Shown here: positions 35,260 through 47,660 of the stretch, one piece after another
How the letters are laid out: the number at the start of each line of letters is the position of its first letter
Numbering within the stretch: the first letter of the stretch is position 1
Assembly (NCBI GenBank): GCA_028534125.1
Contig: CM052818.1
Span: forward strand, 22,384,001 to 22,448,000
Direction: 5' to 3'
From: Lama glama
Lineage: Eukaryota
DNA length: 64,000 nt
The notes under the pieces: model-generated
Seen by the model: the letters and a program-made list of their open reading frames with translations, nothing else
What the model was told of the DNA's origin: nothing
Database searches by the model: none
Translations under genes and position numbers: made by a program

Positions 35260-35710
35260 CCTGCGCTCTGCGGTGTCTGCGGTCTCCGGCGTCTCTCCTC
35301 TTGCTCCCTACTCTCCCCCCGCATCCCCGTCTGGACCCCAAAGCCGGGCCCGCCAGGTGCACAGAGGCCTCATTTTCCGGACGCACGTCCCCTCGCCTGC
35401 TCCTGGGGGACCCTGCCTGGTGACCTGGCGACCCCGTCGTTTGCGCGGGCAAAGAGGGGCCTTTTGTTCTCGGCAGGCCCGCGCGGCTCCCGCCCTAATC
35501 CGGCTAATTACCGTCCACAGGGCGGCGGGGCGCGCGCTCGCCCACCACTTTCCCACGCCGCGAAGAAAGCCCCTCAGTGCGGCGCCGGGAACAGAGCGGC
35601 GATTCAGCAGCGCCCGCCGGCCCCTCGGCCGCCCCTCTCTGCGTCGTCTTCTGCTCTCTTGTCCTCTGTCTCTCTCTGCCTGCCGGTCTCCGGGGCTGTC
35701 TCGCGGACTG
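35260..35710. promoter_or_regulatory. small CpG island (candidate enhancer or promoter) followed by a CT-rich tract
   Basis: High CpG density (GGCGGCGGGGCGCGCGCTCG etc.); TAATCC 35496-35501 and TAATTA 35505-35510. Confidence 0.75.
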
Positions 35711-36356
35711 TTTCTCTCTGATTCCTTTTCTCTCTGCTTCTGCGTGTTTTTCCCTGTCTCTGTCTCTCTATCTCCTTCCCTCTCTCTCTCTGCCTGTCCA
35801 CTTGGAGGCTTTCTCCTCTGTGTTCCCTGTTATGTCTGCCATGGCCAGGGTTCAACTAGTCTGCTCACCTGTCGGGCCTCTCATCTCTCCTCCCAGAGGA
35901 TCCCAGAGTCCTGGGTCCTTCTAAGTGTGAGGAAACCAAGGATGCTCTGGGCCCAAGCCATGTCTTTCGCAGTTTGGGGGAAGTTCTGAGTTCTCTGCTG
36001 AGAGGGTGGCTCTGAGCAGTGAGCCCCCGAGATCTCCAGGGCTGGGCCAGGGTAGGCGTAGTGGTGCTCCCCTAGCAGCGTGTGAGCTCCAGGCCTGCAG
36101 GGACCCAGGGTGCTCAGCTCACAGGGTGTTGTGGCCAGGCCAGAAAGGGGAGCAACTCTGAGCCGTGGGGGCAGCCACCGGCCCCAACAGGATTGGCCAA
36201 GGGGAGGGTCTGGGTCTGGGCTGTCCTTGGAGTGGGTCTGGACTGGCCACCAGTGAGTCTGGACAATGGCTCTTCTAGAATTCATTGGGAGTACATATCC
36301 AAAGGGTTCTGGACAGGCCATGGAATGGATCCTTTTGGCCACTTTTAGGCCCCCAA

Positions 36357-36640
36357 AATTCATTCATTCATTCAGCAAATATTTATTAAGTGTTTATTCT
36401 GTGCTAGAAAATGTCCTAGGCCACATGGGAGAAAGTCATGAACCAAGCAAAGGTCCTGTGTTACTTTCTGGTGGAAGAGGCTTCAGGAAAACAAATAAGA
36501 AAAACAGATAGCTGTCAGATGGTAGGAAGGGCTATGGAAAACACACAGCCAGGAAGCGGGGCTGGGAGCTGGGTGGTGGGGAGGGGTCTCAGGAGTCCTT
36601 TCTGAGTTGGTGATATTTGAGCAGAGACCTGATGTGACGT
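36357..36640 (-). mobile_element. LINE2 3' end
   Basis: ATTCATTCATTCATTCAGCAAATATTTATTAAGTGTTTATTCTGTGCTAG...GGTGATATTTGAGCAGAGACCTGA. Confidence 0.75.
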
Positions 36641-37814
36641 CAAGTGCCTTTTCTCCAGGAGGCTCCTGGGCTTGCTGAAAATTTCCCACCACAGCTGCCA
36701 GATTTTTCCTGCTGCCCTCACACCCCGGTCACTGGGAGATACTGAGACCCACGGTGGCCTGGTGGAGACACTTTGCTCACCAAAGGACAGTGGCCAGGAA
36801 GGACCTGGCCAGGAGACTTGTGCTGCAGGGAAATTCTTCCTGTCCCTCATGTTTCTTGCCTTTTCCTCACCACAGTCAGGGATTTCCCACCAATGGTAAC
36901 ATTTGAGTGAACAGATCACAAATAAACCACACAGCCCTGTGGGAGGGGGCCTGGCCAGGGCCTGGTCGTCTGGGTCTGAGGGAGAAGTAGGGCCCTCCTG
37001 TCTGCAGAGAAACCAAGGACTTCTTTACCTTGAAGTAATTGAGGGAAAGTCTTAGTGAGTTTTGTGAGCTTATAAATCACAAGACAACGCAGTGTTGTTG
37101 TGGGTGTTCAGATCAAGGGGACAAGAAAGAAGAAAAGGGTCAAAATTACTCCCAGTGGGTGCATGTTGGTCTTAGGCAAAGCAGGAGAACCTGGGGAGCA
37201 GAGGCAGGACAGATGGATGCATTGTAGGATCCACAGTCGCTCCAGGTTGGGATCTGGGGCTCTAAAAGACTCTAGAGCCCCAGCCAGAGTGTGTTTTTAC
37301 GAGTGTGTTTGCTAAATGTGGTGTATGTGGCTTCTGGGTGGAGGGAGGAGGCCCACGTGGCCTTTCCCAGCCTCTCCTACCACCTGAGCTGCCCCACCCT
37401 AACTGCCCACCCTGGTGGAGCCTGGCCCTAGCTGAACTCCCACTGAGTGTGCTTCTGGGGGTGGGCAATGGTGGATGGATGGCAAACAAGACTTCCTCCT
37501 GCCAAGACGAAGTGGGGCTGGCCAGGTTCAGGGGTCCGGCCACCCTCCAACTTGGAATCCTTCCCATGGGCTGTGCGGCTCGGGACTTTGTGAAGCAAAC
37601 AAGTGCCACCGTTCTGTTTGGAGACAAGTGCAGGAAACCCCAGCTGGGTCTGGGAGCTGGGAGTGTTCTTCATAACCTGCCTCTCTAACTGGGAGACCTT
37701 GAGTGTACCATTGGACCTCTCTGAGCTTGTTTCGTCATTGGAAAATACGGATGATAATACGGTTTTATAGGAAGGTTAAAATGAGATAAAGATGTCAAAT
37801 GTGTTTGGTCAGCC

Positions 37815-38093
37815 CAGCAACTTCAGGCTTTTCTGACCAATACATTTTACATATTGACCCATTACCTGCAAATATAATCAAAACAAAAATTTTCAAACTG
37901 TAGCTCAAGGCCCAATGGGTCATGAGCCACAATTTTTAAATAGATCAGTGCGTTCAACATAATAAGTGTAGGTTTAGATTTATCCCTATTATGTTGAATA
38001 CATTGATCTATTTTACTCTATTTCATTCTTTTTTTTTTTTTTTAATTGCAGGCCATGACCCATTGGGCCTTAAACTACAGTTTGAAAAACACT
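37815..38093. mobile_element. hAT-type MITE relic (MamRep38-like by recollection) carrying a long inverted duplication
   Basis: AATACATTTTACAT..TGACCCA internal motif and terminal CAGTTTGAAAAACACT; subfamily uncertain. Confidence 0.45.
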
Positions 38094-38779
38094 ACTATAA
38101 ACTGTGGAATAGGATACAAAAGCTTGTGTGGTTTCACAGCCTGGAGAGCTTGGTGGGAGGAGAGCAGGGTGGGAGCTGCTACCCTGGGCACCCCCGCCCC
38201 CCACCTCCAGCGCGGCCCACCACTGCGTCTCTGTGGTTGACTGGAGCTTTCCTTGGCAGCTGTCTGCCTGACTACCCCCAAACCTCCCTGTGACTGCACT
38301 TAGCCGCATGCTAAGGCCAGGCATGGCTTGCTAGACTCGAATGGGACCCAGGGACCACCTCATCCCTCACTACTTTACAGAAGAGGAAACTGTAACCTTC
38401 CCAGCCAGGGAAAGTGATTTAGTCAAGACCACCCGGCGAAAGGTAACAGAACCAGGACTGAAGCTCAGGAGTTGCTTGTTTTCACTCGGCTTGTTTTCAC
38501 TTGCAGCTCAGTCTCCTGCCCGAACCCCACCTCTGGGGTCTGGGAACCACCCCTGACCCGAGTACAGTAGAAATAAAGCAGCAGGGTCAGCCTCGAGTGT
38601 GCGCACACTAGCCATGTAGCCATAGGCAAGCCCGTTAATGCTGCTGAGCTTCAGTCTCCTCCTCCAAAAAGTAAGTGTGCTGCTTATGCTCTTCCCAGCC
38701 TGCTTTGCAGATTCAATAAGGTGATGTGCATGAAAGAGACTGTGAAAAAACACTTAAATGTGCTTTAAAATTGAAGGCT

Positions 38780-39664
38780 TCTTGAGGGTCGGGGAGAGGT
38801 TGACTGGGTGAAGTTCAGGGTGTTCTTTAAGAGGGTGAAATTGTTCTGTATGATATTTTAATGATAGATACACGACACTGCATTTTTTGAAACCCATAAA
38901 ACTTTACAGCACAGAGTGAATCTTAAGGTATATACATTAAAAAAAAATCATTTAAGAGGCCAGGAGATCCCAGGATGGAATGCAGACTATGACAAACCTA
39001 TCTGTATTACAAATGTATGAAACAACTTCACTCAAGTGGGGGGTGGGGGGAAGTTTCGATTTAGATAACTTTGGAAATGAGTAGTGTCTGTAAGACTAAA
39101 GGCAAAAGAAACTGCATAAGCACTGTATGCTGGTTGATGAAGCAGTTTCCCGTAGGGTATGAGATAACATTCGGAAACCCCTACGCATGCATACTGGAAT
39201 TGGACCACTAAGTAAATGGATGGTGGACAGTGGGAGCCAGATTTCTCACTGTGGGAGTAGGAGGTGGAAGGTTACAGACAAGCGAAGGGAGAAGGCTAGT
39301 ATGATCCTTGTGCTCATGGATTAGAGCTGTAGACATCAGTGTGAACTCAGGTTTACTCTAATATAGATTCAAATGTTTACATATAGAAATATTGATAGAT
39401 TGGTGTATATTTGGTAAGTTGGATAGACACACAGGTTAGGCTACACATGTATACTTCCTTGTTCTATCAGGTGAGAAGGCCTAGAAACTGAGATACCCCA
39501 GTACCAATGGGCTCATTTAGTGGCCAGATCTTGGTTTCCAATGCCATTCTCCAATAAAAAGAACCAGGGCTCCTTGAAGAAATGGCTGGTTCTAGGACAG
39601 GAGGCAGGAAATACAAAAGATGAAGCTGGAGCCTCTTGCAGTGCCAGAAAGTAAAGAAGTGCAA

Positions 39665-39730
<66 letters not shown>

Positions 39731-40655
39731 TGGGAGTATGTCAAAGGGACACAGGAGCCAACTGAAAGAGCTCCAGTGACCAAAGCTGGAACAATTTGAG
39801 CAAGAAAATAAATACAATTGTGTTGGATTATTAGCCAAAGTATAAAATACATTTTCATCTTACATAAATGGATTAAATAATTAATAATTAAATAATTAGG
39901 TTATTAAATAAAACAAATAAGTTGGGGAAGAAAAACAAAACTCCAGTCCAGAATTCCCAGTGATTTAGTTGACACTTTGCACTCAAGGAGGAGCTTAGCT
40001 CCCCACTCCTTAAATGTGGCTGCACATAGTGGCTTCCTTCCAAACAGTGCAGTGTGGAAACAGGACAAAAGAGGAACTTGATAGTGGAGAAACCTGATGA
40101 ACACCGCCTCAGCCAGGTGGCCAAGTCGGCATCGACAATGGTAAGTCACGTAGGTAGCATGTACCCTGGGTGTGATGTGACGAGATGGCACTTCGCCTCT
40201 GTGGTCTTCTCCCCCAAACCCATAACTCCAGTCTAACCATGAGAAAAAGCATCAGAGTCCGGACTGTGGAATAGTCTACAAAATCCCTGACCAGTGCTCC
40301 TCAAAACTGTCGAGATGATCAAAAACAAGGCAAGTCTGAGAAACTGTCACAGCCAAGAGGAACCTAAGGAGACATGCCAACTAAATGTAATGTGGTCCCT
40401 GGAAAAGAAAAAGGATGTTGGGCAAAAAACCAAGGAAATTGGAAGAAAGTATGGACTTATGCTTTAATAATAATGCTCATAATATCACACGGCTAACAGT
40501 AATATATCAGTATTTGTCTACTCATTGTGACAGGTAGCAGGCTAACATAAGGTGATAATAATAGGGGAAACTGGCATAGAGAACATGGGAGCTCTCTGTA
40601 CCACCTTTAGAATTTTTCTGTGAATCTAAAATTATAAACAAAAAGTTTATTTAAA
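38780..40655 (+). mobile_element. L1MC-type (L1MC3-like) long 3' UTR
   Basis: GATCCCAGGATGGAATGCAGACT, AAAGAACCAGGGCTCCTTGAAGAAATGGCTG, CTCCTCAAAACTGTC, end TTTTTCTGTGAATCTAAAATTATAAACAAAAAGTTTATTTAAA. Confidence 0.8.
39665..39724 (+). repeat. (AAT)20 microsatellite
   Basis: Direct reading; perfect trinucleotide run inside the L1MC. Confidence 0.95.
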
Positions 40656-41291
40656 GACTTGAAAGCTTTATGCTGGTAATTAGTCGCAGCTTATGGCTGA
40701 GACAGGTAGAACTGGGGGAATGCCTCTGGGAAGGTTTCAAGGAAGTACAGAGAGGATTTCGGGAACTGCTCGGAATTGAGAAACACAATTTGGGAGGCAG
40801 GGCCAAGGAGGAAGGTCTGTACATGCCCCAGCCGGGGAGGAGGCACAGGAGGGAAAGGATGCCTTGAGACAGAGTGTTTGGAGTCCTTCTCTGACCTGGT
40901 GGGGGTTCTGGAGCGGGTAGGGAGTAATAGCTTGGCTCATTGTCCTCTTCCCGGACAACCTCGTTGTACCTCTGGGGCCAGCCCTGCTCCTCATCTGTGG
41001 GCAGTTCCCCAGGAGAGCTCAAGGTTCAGCTCTGGAATCAGAAAAGCTCTGCCACTTACCAGCTGGGCGACCTTGGGTAAGGTTAATGCCCTCTCTGAGG
41101 CTCACAGCACTCATCTAAAGTGGTGAGAAAACCTGCATGCGATTGAGGTAATTGAGATAATGCCTGTGAGGCCAAGACCTGGCACACACTGGAGACTTAC
41201 TTCCCTCTGCTCAGCCCTGAGCAAAAGGTAGCAGTGAGCGGTAACTCCCTCATTCCTGAGATCCAGGACTTCTTCTGAACCCCAGGCCCCA

Positions 41292-41781
41292 TGTAGCAGT
41301 TTAAAAACACAGTCCCAAATTCTAATACTCCTTCCATTAGACCCCTTTCCCTTGAACCTGGGATACATCACTGCTTCAACCAACAGAATATGGCAAAAAT
41401 GATGCCCTGCCAGTTTCTGGGCCTAAGCTTTAAAAAACTGTCAGTTTCCATTTCCTGTCTCTTGGGGGTCTCACTCTTGGAACCCAGACACCATGCTGCG
41501 AGGAAGGCCAAGCAGCCCGTGGAGAGTCCCGCACAGAAAAGAGCACAGTCCCAGGTCTCTATCTGGCCTGATCTCCCAGCCAGCAGCTGTTTCGCACTTG
41601 CTAACCATGTGAGTGGATCATCTTGCCCGTGGGCCCTCCTGTCCTCAGATAAGATGCCCCAGCAGAACCTAACCTTTCTTACCATGCCCTGCCCAGATTG
41701 TAGACTCATGAGCTAAACAGATGGTTGACGATGTTTTAAGCCACTAAGTTTGGGGATTATACAGCCACAGCAACTTGAACA
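41292..41781 (+). mobile_element. MLT1G/H-type solo LTR
   Basis: TGTAGCAGTTTAAAAAC...CCCTTGAACCTGGG...ACCAACAGAATATGGCA...TGTTTTAAGCCACTAAGTTTGGGG...GAACA. Confidence 0.8.
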
Positions 41782-41804
41782 TCCAGTAACGGGTGTGAGC
41801 TGCG

Positions 41805-41990
41805 ATGTGGTGGTTTGGTGCTTAGACTCTGAAGCCAGATTGCCGGGTTCAAATCTGGGCTCTCCGACATACTGATTGTATGACTCTAGGCAAGTTACCT
41901 ACTCTCTCTGTGCCTCAGTTACTTCATCTGTAAAATGGGGCTATTATAGAATTGTTGGGAAGATTAAATAAACATCAAGTACATAGAGAA
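41805..41990 (+). mobile_element. MIR
   Basis: GGGTTCAAATCTGGGCTCT...GGCAAGTTACCT...CTCTGTGCCTCAGTTACTTCATCTGTAAAATGGGG. Confidence 0.8.
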
Positions 41991-44900
41991 GCATGTACAT
42001 GATTATTCTGCCAAGTCAAGTCAAGGTGCCAGCCCTCCTGGATGCTGGGGTGCTAGCCAGCTGGGCTTACCTTGGAGTCATCTAAGACTATCCTTGCTTA
42101 GCCACTTTGATCCCCAAGTGGACTTCCCAGGTGCCGCCAGCCTGCCTCTCTAGACGATGAGTTATTGCTCTGCCTGCGCCTTGCTCACTCTCACTGTATT
42201 TGGCCCCCTGGTTTCTTCTTACACCTCTCTGATTCTGACCACCTGTCTTTCTTCCTTTGGGCTGGGTTATTTAGGGAATAAGAAAGAGTTGTTAGGTGGA
42301 TGTAGAGTCTACTTTGTGTGTGGAGGAGGGGGTGGTGCACTGGTGAGAGGGAAGTTTAGCTCCTAAACTTCACTGGGAAACAGAAGCTTATCATTCACAC
42401 CCCTTATGGGAAGACATTGACTTGTTGCTGAAATAAGACTCCAGAGAGAACAGGACACATTCTGAGTGTGTCTTGCTGTGGGGAAGCCAGAGAGTTTTCA
42501 CAGTCCTTCTTAGAAACTGCCTGATGACCTGCAGCAGACTCAGAGGAAGCTAGGACCTTGTCTTGATTAGATTTAGCCAGGAAAAAAAAAGATGAACACA
42601 CTCTAAGAGACTTTTCCCTGCCTTGGTGCAGGTTCTGAGATCTCAGACGTGCTTCCGGTCCAGCCTGCACCACAGGACTCGGGTTTCACCAGCTCTGGCA
42701 GCTCCCTTTTGCTGAAGGAATGCAGCGACCTGGGGCACAGGGGCATTTCTTTGAAATTCTTTTGGAAGGGGGAACCACTTCCTGCCCCAGCCTGGGGAGC
42801 TTGGAGAGGGGACCTGGCGGGTGTCAGGAGAGCAGCCTGAGTTTCGGAGCTTTGCAGGACCTACACCCCTACTTAAAGATGGTCACGTAACCTCCAGGAA
42901 CTCTCTCCCGAGCCTTGGCCTTCAGTTCTTCCCCTTCCCCTTCGGTTGAAGTGCCTTCAGTTCCACCTTGCGCTGGGAAGAATGGCTCACTTCATAGTGC
43001 TAGGAAAGCCATGATGATGAGGACCTGCAGGAAGAAAATTTAGAAACCAGCTGCCTTCCTCCCTGCCCTCAGGGGAGACAGAGAGCTGGGAGGATTGTGA
43101 GCCTGCACCGAACTGGGTGGAGAGGATCTGGGCCCAGGGAAGGCAGTCGTGCCCCCACAGGGAGGACAGGTCTGCCACGTTGGCTCTATGCAGGAGCTCC
43201 GTGGCCTCCAGCAGGACTGGGGCCTGACTGCTGGGAGAGACAGGAGGCCAGCTGGGAGGGGGAGCTGTGTGAGCGTTTTGCCACAGCCCCACCTGGGCCA
43301 TCTGACTCCCAGGAGGAGTTGCCGAGAGCCCTGTTTCTAGAGAAATTTGGGGAGTGTTGAGTGGGGTCAATGTGCGAAGCAGAGAGAGCCCTGGGTCTGA
43401 GTCGGCACTCTGCCACTGACCGTGGTGACCACACTGGGCAAGTCCCTTAAACTCTTGGAGTCCCATTTATAAAATAAGGACAGTATTGCACACGTGGGCA
43501 CATCACCACCACCGCCGCCGCTGCCAAGAAGAACAAGTTTCCAGGGCAAAGAATTTTTTTCACTTGGGAAATTCTTTGATATGTCAGCATGTCCTATGAA
43601 TCACCAAGAGGAGACAGAATAGAAGGCATTTCCCAAACCCGATTGATCTCAGAGCCGTTTCTGGAAAGGAAAGCCTCTCTTGGAGTGAATGATCAATTCA
43701 GTAGTTCTCTGCCCTGGCTGGCTGCACAGTAGAATAACCCCAGAGCCTACAAATAAATGAGTAAGAGCATGACCTTACCCTAGAGTTATGGAATCCCGGT
43801 GGGACCCGGCGGTTGTATTGCTTTAAGGCTCAGGTGATTCTCTCGGGCAGGCAGGAATGAGGGACTGAGGTCCACGGAACTGGACCTGATGGAGGACCCC
43901 TCCACGGACACCTCCCGCAGTCTGCACAGCAGGCTGTTGTTGAGGACAGGGCACGAGATGCGCGCCCCCTCAGACGCATATCTAGATGCCTCCCGCTCCT
44001 GGCAGGGCTCAGTGGGTGTCACCGTGTTGAATGGAGGTTCAGGCTTGTGCCTCCCGGACCCTCATGTCCCTCAGCCTCTGCTGCCTTTAGGGTACCTCCA
44101 TGGACATGTGTGCACCCCCGCCCTGACTTGAGCAGCCCCACCTTCCTGGCACGGCCGGGGTCCCCCTCACAGGTCTGGTGCACAGTTGGCTCGAGGCCCA
44201 GAATCTGTCTGCAGCTTCATTGAGATGCTGCCCCAGCTCTGCCCTAGTTCAGATTCCAGAGCCCTAGGCATCCACTCCAGCCTTTTCCTGCTCCCTCTCT
44301 CACCCTGGAAACAGGTCTCGGTTTCTGGGGGCACAGGGAGGGAGGCGATTTGTCCCCTGGTGCTGACTGGTTGAGCGGGGAGGAGATCCTACAGAGCTAT
44401 GCAGCGCTGGGGAGGCCAGCTGGCCCACCCTCAGGAAGGGGCCCTTCCTGAAGTTCACTGCTTAGAGGGAGTGTCTTTTGTAGTGTGTCTCCCCCCACAA
44501 GGGTGCCTTTTTCTAATATGCACAGACGTGTCGGATGTGCAGATGGTGGCCTGGTCTGGGTACTGTCTTCTGGCAGCTTGAAGGGTTCAGGCCTAGAGCC
44601 CCAGCCCAGCCCCAGCCCATGATGAAGACAGGAAGCACCTTCTCCTGAGACTCCAGGCCAGCCCGGCACCCCTACAAGCCTGGGAGGAGGGCACAGAGTG
44701 CGTGGCTGTGGGGAACCTGCCTAGCCCCAGGCATTTCCTGAGCCCAGAGTCTCTGTCACATCCACTTGGTTGGTGACGTGTCTGTGGGAACAACCAGGTG
44801 AGGAGAGACAATCACAGTTCGTTTCCTTGCCTTTCAGACTCCATGACACTTGGGGATTTTCTCTCCCTAAACTCCGGCACGTGCACAGTCCACAGCCAGC

Positions 44901-45129
44901 ATGAAATTCCAGGGGAGGCCCAGGTCTTTGCCTCCCGGTTAGAGGCCCCTGTTCCAGAAATAAGGGCACGCTGTTTGGCCCTGGCTCCGCTGCTCCTTCA
45001 TCCCCTGTTCCCTGGGCCCCCTTGTGCTCATCTGGAGAGGAGGCTCTTGTGCTTTCCAGATGGGGCTGCAGAGGATTGGCTGAGGTGAGTCTGGGGGCGG
45101 GTGCCTGGCTGCTCGCGTGTGGGCTCCCC

Positions 45130-45505
45130 GCCTGGAGTGGGGAGAGTGCAGTGGCTACTCACCCAGATTCTTTTACCAGCCGCTGTGAGACTTGGCCACT
45201 AAGGCTCACTGTGCCCCCTTCTTTGAAGAACTGTCCTGGCAGGCACCTCCCAGGTACCCACCCCTCCACCCTCAGCCCACAGCCAATGACTGACCCAGGA
45301 CAACATAGGCTGGGCCAGCGCTGTGTTCTAAGTCTTCTCTGGAGCAACATGGGATCAGGCTTCAGCTAGAGGCCACATCCTTGCCTTGGTTCTCCCCTGC
45401 CCTACCCTGCTTCCCTCACTGCCCTGCTCCCAAAAGTACCCCTGCAATTCACCATTTTCACAGGGATGGCCATTTCAGGCTCTGCTTTGAGGAACCTAAC
45501 CTGGC
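45130..45505 (+). mobile_element. LTR16-like (ERVL) LTR relic
   Basis: CAGCCAATGACTGAC...CCCTGCCCTACCCTGCTTCCCTCAC...TCAGGCTCTGCTTTGAGGAACCTAACCT resembles an LTR16 3' end. Confidence 0.55.
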
Positions 45506-46714
45506 CTCCGAGAACTCCGAGAGCTCCTGGCTCCAGACGCGTGTGGCTCTGCGACCAGAAGGAAGCTGGTCAGGGCACAAACCATCCTGGCTGCAGGGGC
45601 TCAGAGCAGACAGAGGTTGGGGGGAGCTTGGGAGCCTGAGCTGGACAGAGAAGGAAGGCCAGAGTAGGGGCTGCTCAGCCTGTCTCCTCCCTTCCCTTGG
45701 CCTCTACCCTGAGCCTGGCCTCTGAGAGCCACATATTATTAGCCCTGTCTCCTGCGGACACCCAGTCCCTGCCCTGGTGGGAGTAGGTTGGCAGAAGCCA
45801 GACCCTTGGCAGGAAAGATCCTGGGGAAGACTGAGTGCTGGGTCTTCTCCCAGCATGGAGAAAGGACTTGACTGGGATGAAATGGCTGGAATAGCTGACT
45901 TGACCCACACAGTTGGCAGCTGAATTGTGACTTTGGGGAAGCAGGCTTCCTGCCACCTTCCTTCCCCTTTCCCGCTAGGAGGAAGGGGTCTCGTAACTTC
46001 CCTCCGTCCTGCTGATTCTGCTGCTCTGGGTGGATGGGCAGGTGGAGCAGCTTCGAACACAAAGGCAGGAGTACAAGGCAGGCATTTCGGGCACTCCTGC
46101 TGGCCAAGCTGGGGACTTCTTGGGGTTCTTCGCATTGTATCAGGTAGACCTGGCTCTGATCTCAAAGAAGAGAGGAGGAAAAACCTTTAACCCTTGGGCC
46201 AGTCTGACTTCCTCCCCCATGCCCCTTCACACAGCGCTGCCTGCTTGAACATCAGGACACCCTCGGGGCATCTGGGGAAGGGAAATCTGGAAGAGGTTCA
46301 GAGGGAGACCAGTGCCCAGCTGAAGGGCTGAGGAGGAGGAAGTGCTGGGTGTTTTGCTCACCCGCTGATGTTCCCATGTTGGACTGGCCTGCATCAGCAC
46401 TCCTGGGCCAGTGCAGCTGGTCACTGATGTGCGGCAGCCACCACTTCCTGTGCTCTGCCTGTGGGAGGCCACCGGCACCAGCAGACACTCTGGCCACAGC
46501 AGGTGGAAGGAAGGTGGTGGCCCTGAGGCCCCAGTGCCTGGCTCTGAGGGCTGTGGTGATTGTGCTTCCAGTGTGTTTACCCCAAACCTTCCTTCCTTCC
46601 TTCCTTTCACTGCCAGGAACCAGGAAAGCCTGGGGCTCCATGGCACAATTAAACAGGGAGTGACTGTGGGGTTTGTGACAGTCTTACAACCACAGGCACG
46701 TGTGATCTGTGTCG

Positions 46715-47660
46715 GGAGAATTGATGTATCCTTTCTGAAGACAGCTTAGCAATATGGGTCTCAAACCCAAAAGATGTACATACCTTCTGACTCAGCAATC
46801 CATTTCTGGGGATTGATCCTAAGGAAACAATTGTTAAGTTCATACAAGGTGTGTTCCTAAGGATGCTTATCTCAGCCTTGGTTAGAACTGATACTGGGCA
46901 ATGGGAGATTGGTACGTTCACACAATGGAGAACTTGGCAGCCATTTACACAATGATGGAATTATCAACAAAGCTGCCATGAACATTCTGGTACATGTCTT
47001 TTGGCAGGTATAAGCACGCCTTTCTCTTGGGCAGGTACCCAAGATGGAATTTCTGGGTCAAAGGATAGCTGTGTGTGCATCCTGAGTTGGTGCAGCTAAA
47101 CAGTGATTGTTCCAACCAACTCTGCCCCCACCACTTTGTGGAGCTCCACACGGCCCGCCAACTTCACCAGCACTCAGTATTGGTCAGCGTGTTGCATTTC
47201 TGGCTTTTCTAGGAAATGTGTAAAGGTATTGCCTTGTGGTTTTGTCTGCATTTCTAAATATATGTCGACAGAAAAATAGATAAACATACTGTTGTACAGT
47301 TATAAGTTGGAAATTTACACAGCATTTAAATAGAATGAACTACTGATTCATGTAACTACATGGATGGACCTCAAAAAACATGACGCCAGATACAGAAGGG
47401 TATATATGCTGGATGAATCCATTTAGATGCAAATCTAATACAAGCAAAATCATTCTAAAATAATTGAGGTCAGAATGGTAGCCTATGGGGGAAGGGCGGT
47501 ATCGACTAGGAAGGAGATGAGGGAACCTTTTGGAGTATTGAAAATGTTCCCTACCTTGATCTGGGTCATGGTTAAATAAGAGTGTATGTAAAATCTCATC
47601 AAACTGAGTAACTTTGCATTTTGCTGTCTCTAACACACACTTATACTGAAATTTTTTTTA
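46715..47660. mobile_element. L1ME-type fragments: + (46715-46945), - (~46950-47255), + (~47255-47660)
   Basis: TTCTGACTCAGCAATCCATTTCTGGG (+); GCTGCCATGAACATTCTGGTACATGTCTTTTGG (-); ACATGGATGGACCTCAAAAAACAT...AAAATCTCATCAAACTG (+). Confidence 0.7.

Noticed and set aside
35146..35989. Longest ORFs (258 aa and 191 aa)
   Set aside because: They start in a MIR, cross a stop-poor CpG island and a CT-rich tract, give low-complexity R/P/S/L translations, and overlap in several frames with no recognisable domain
39467..39858. Poly-Ile/poly-Leu membrane-like ORFs
   Set aside because: They are translations of the (AAT)20 microsatellite within an L1 3' UTR
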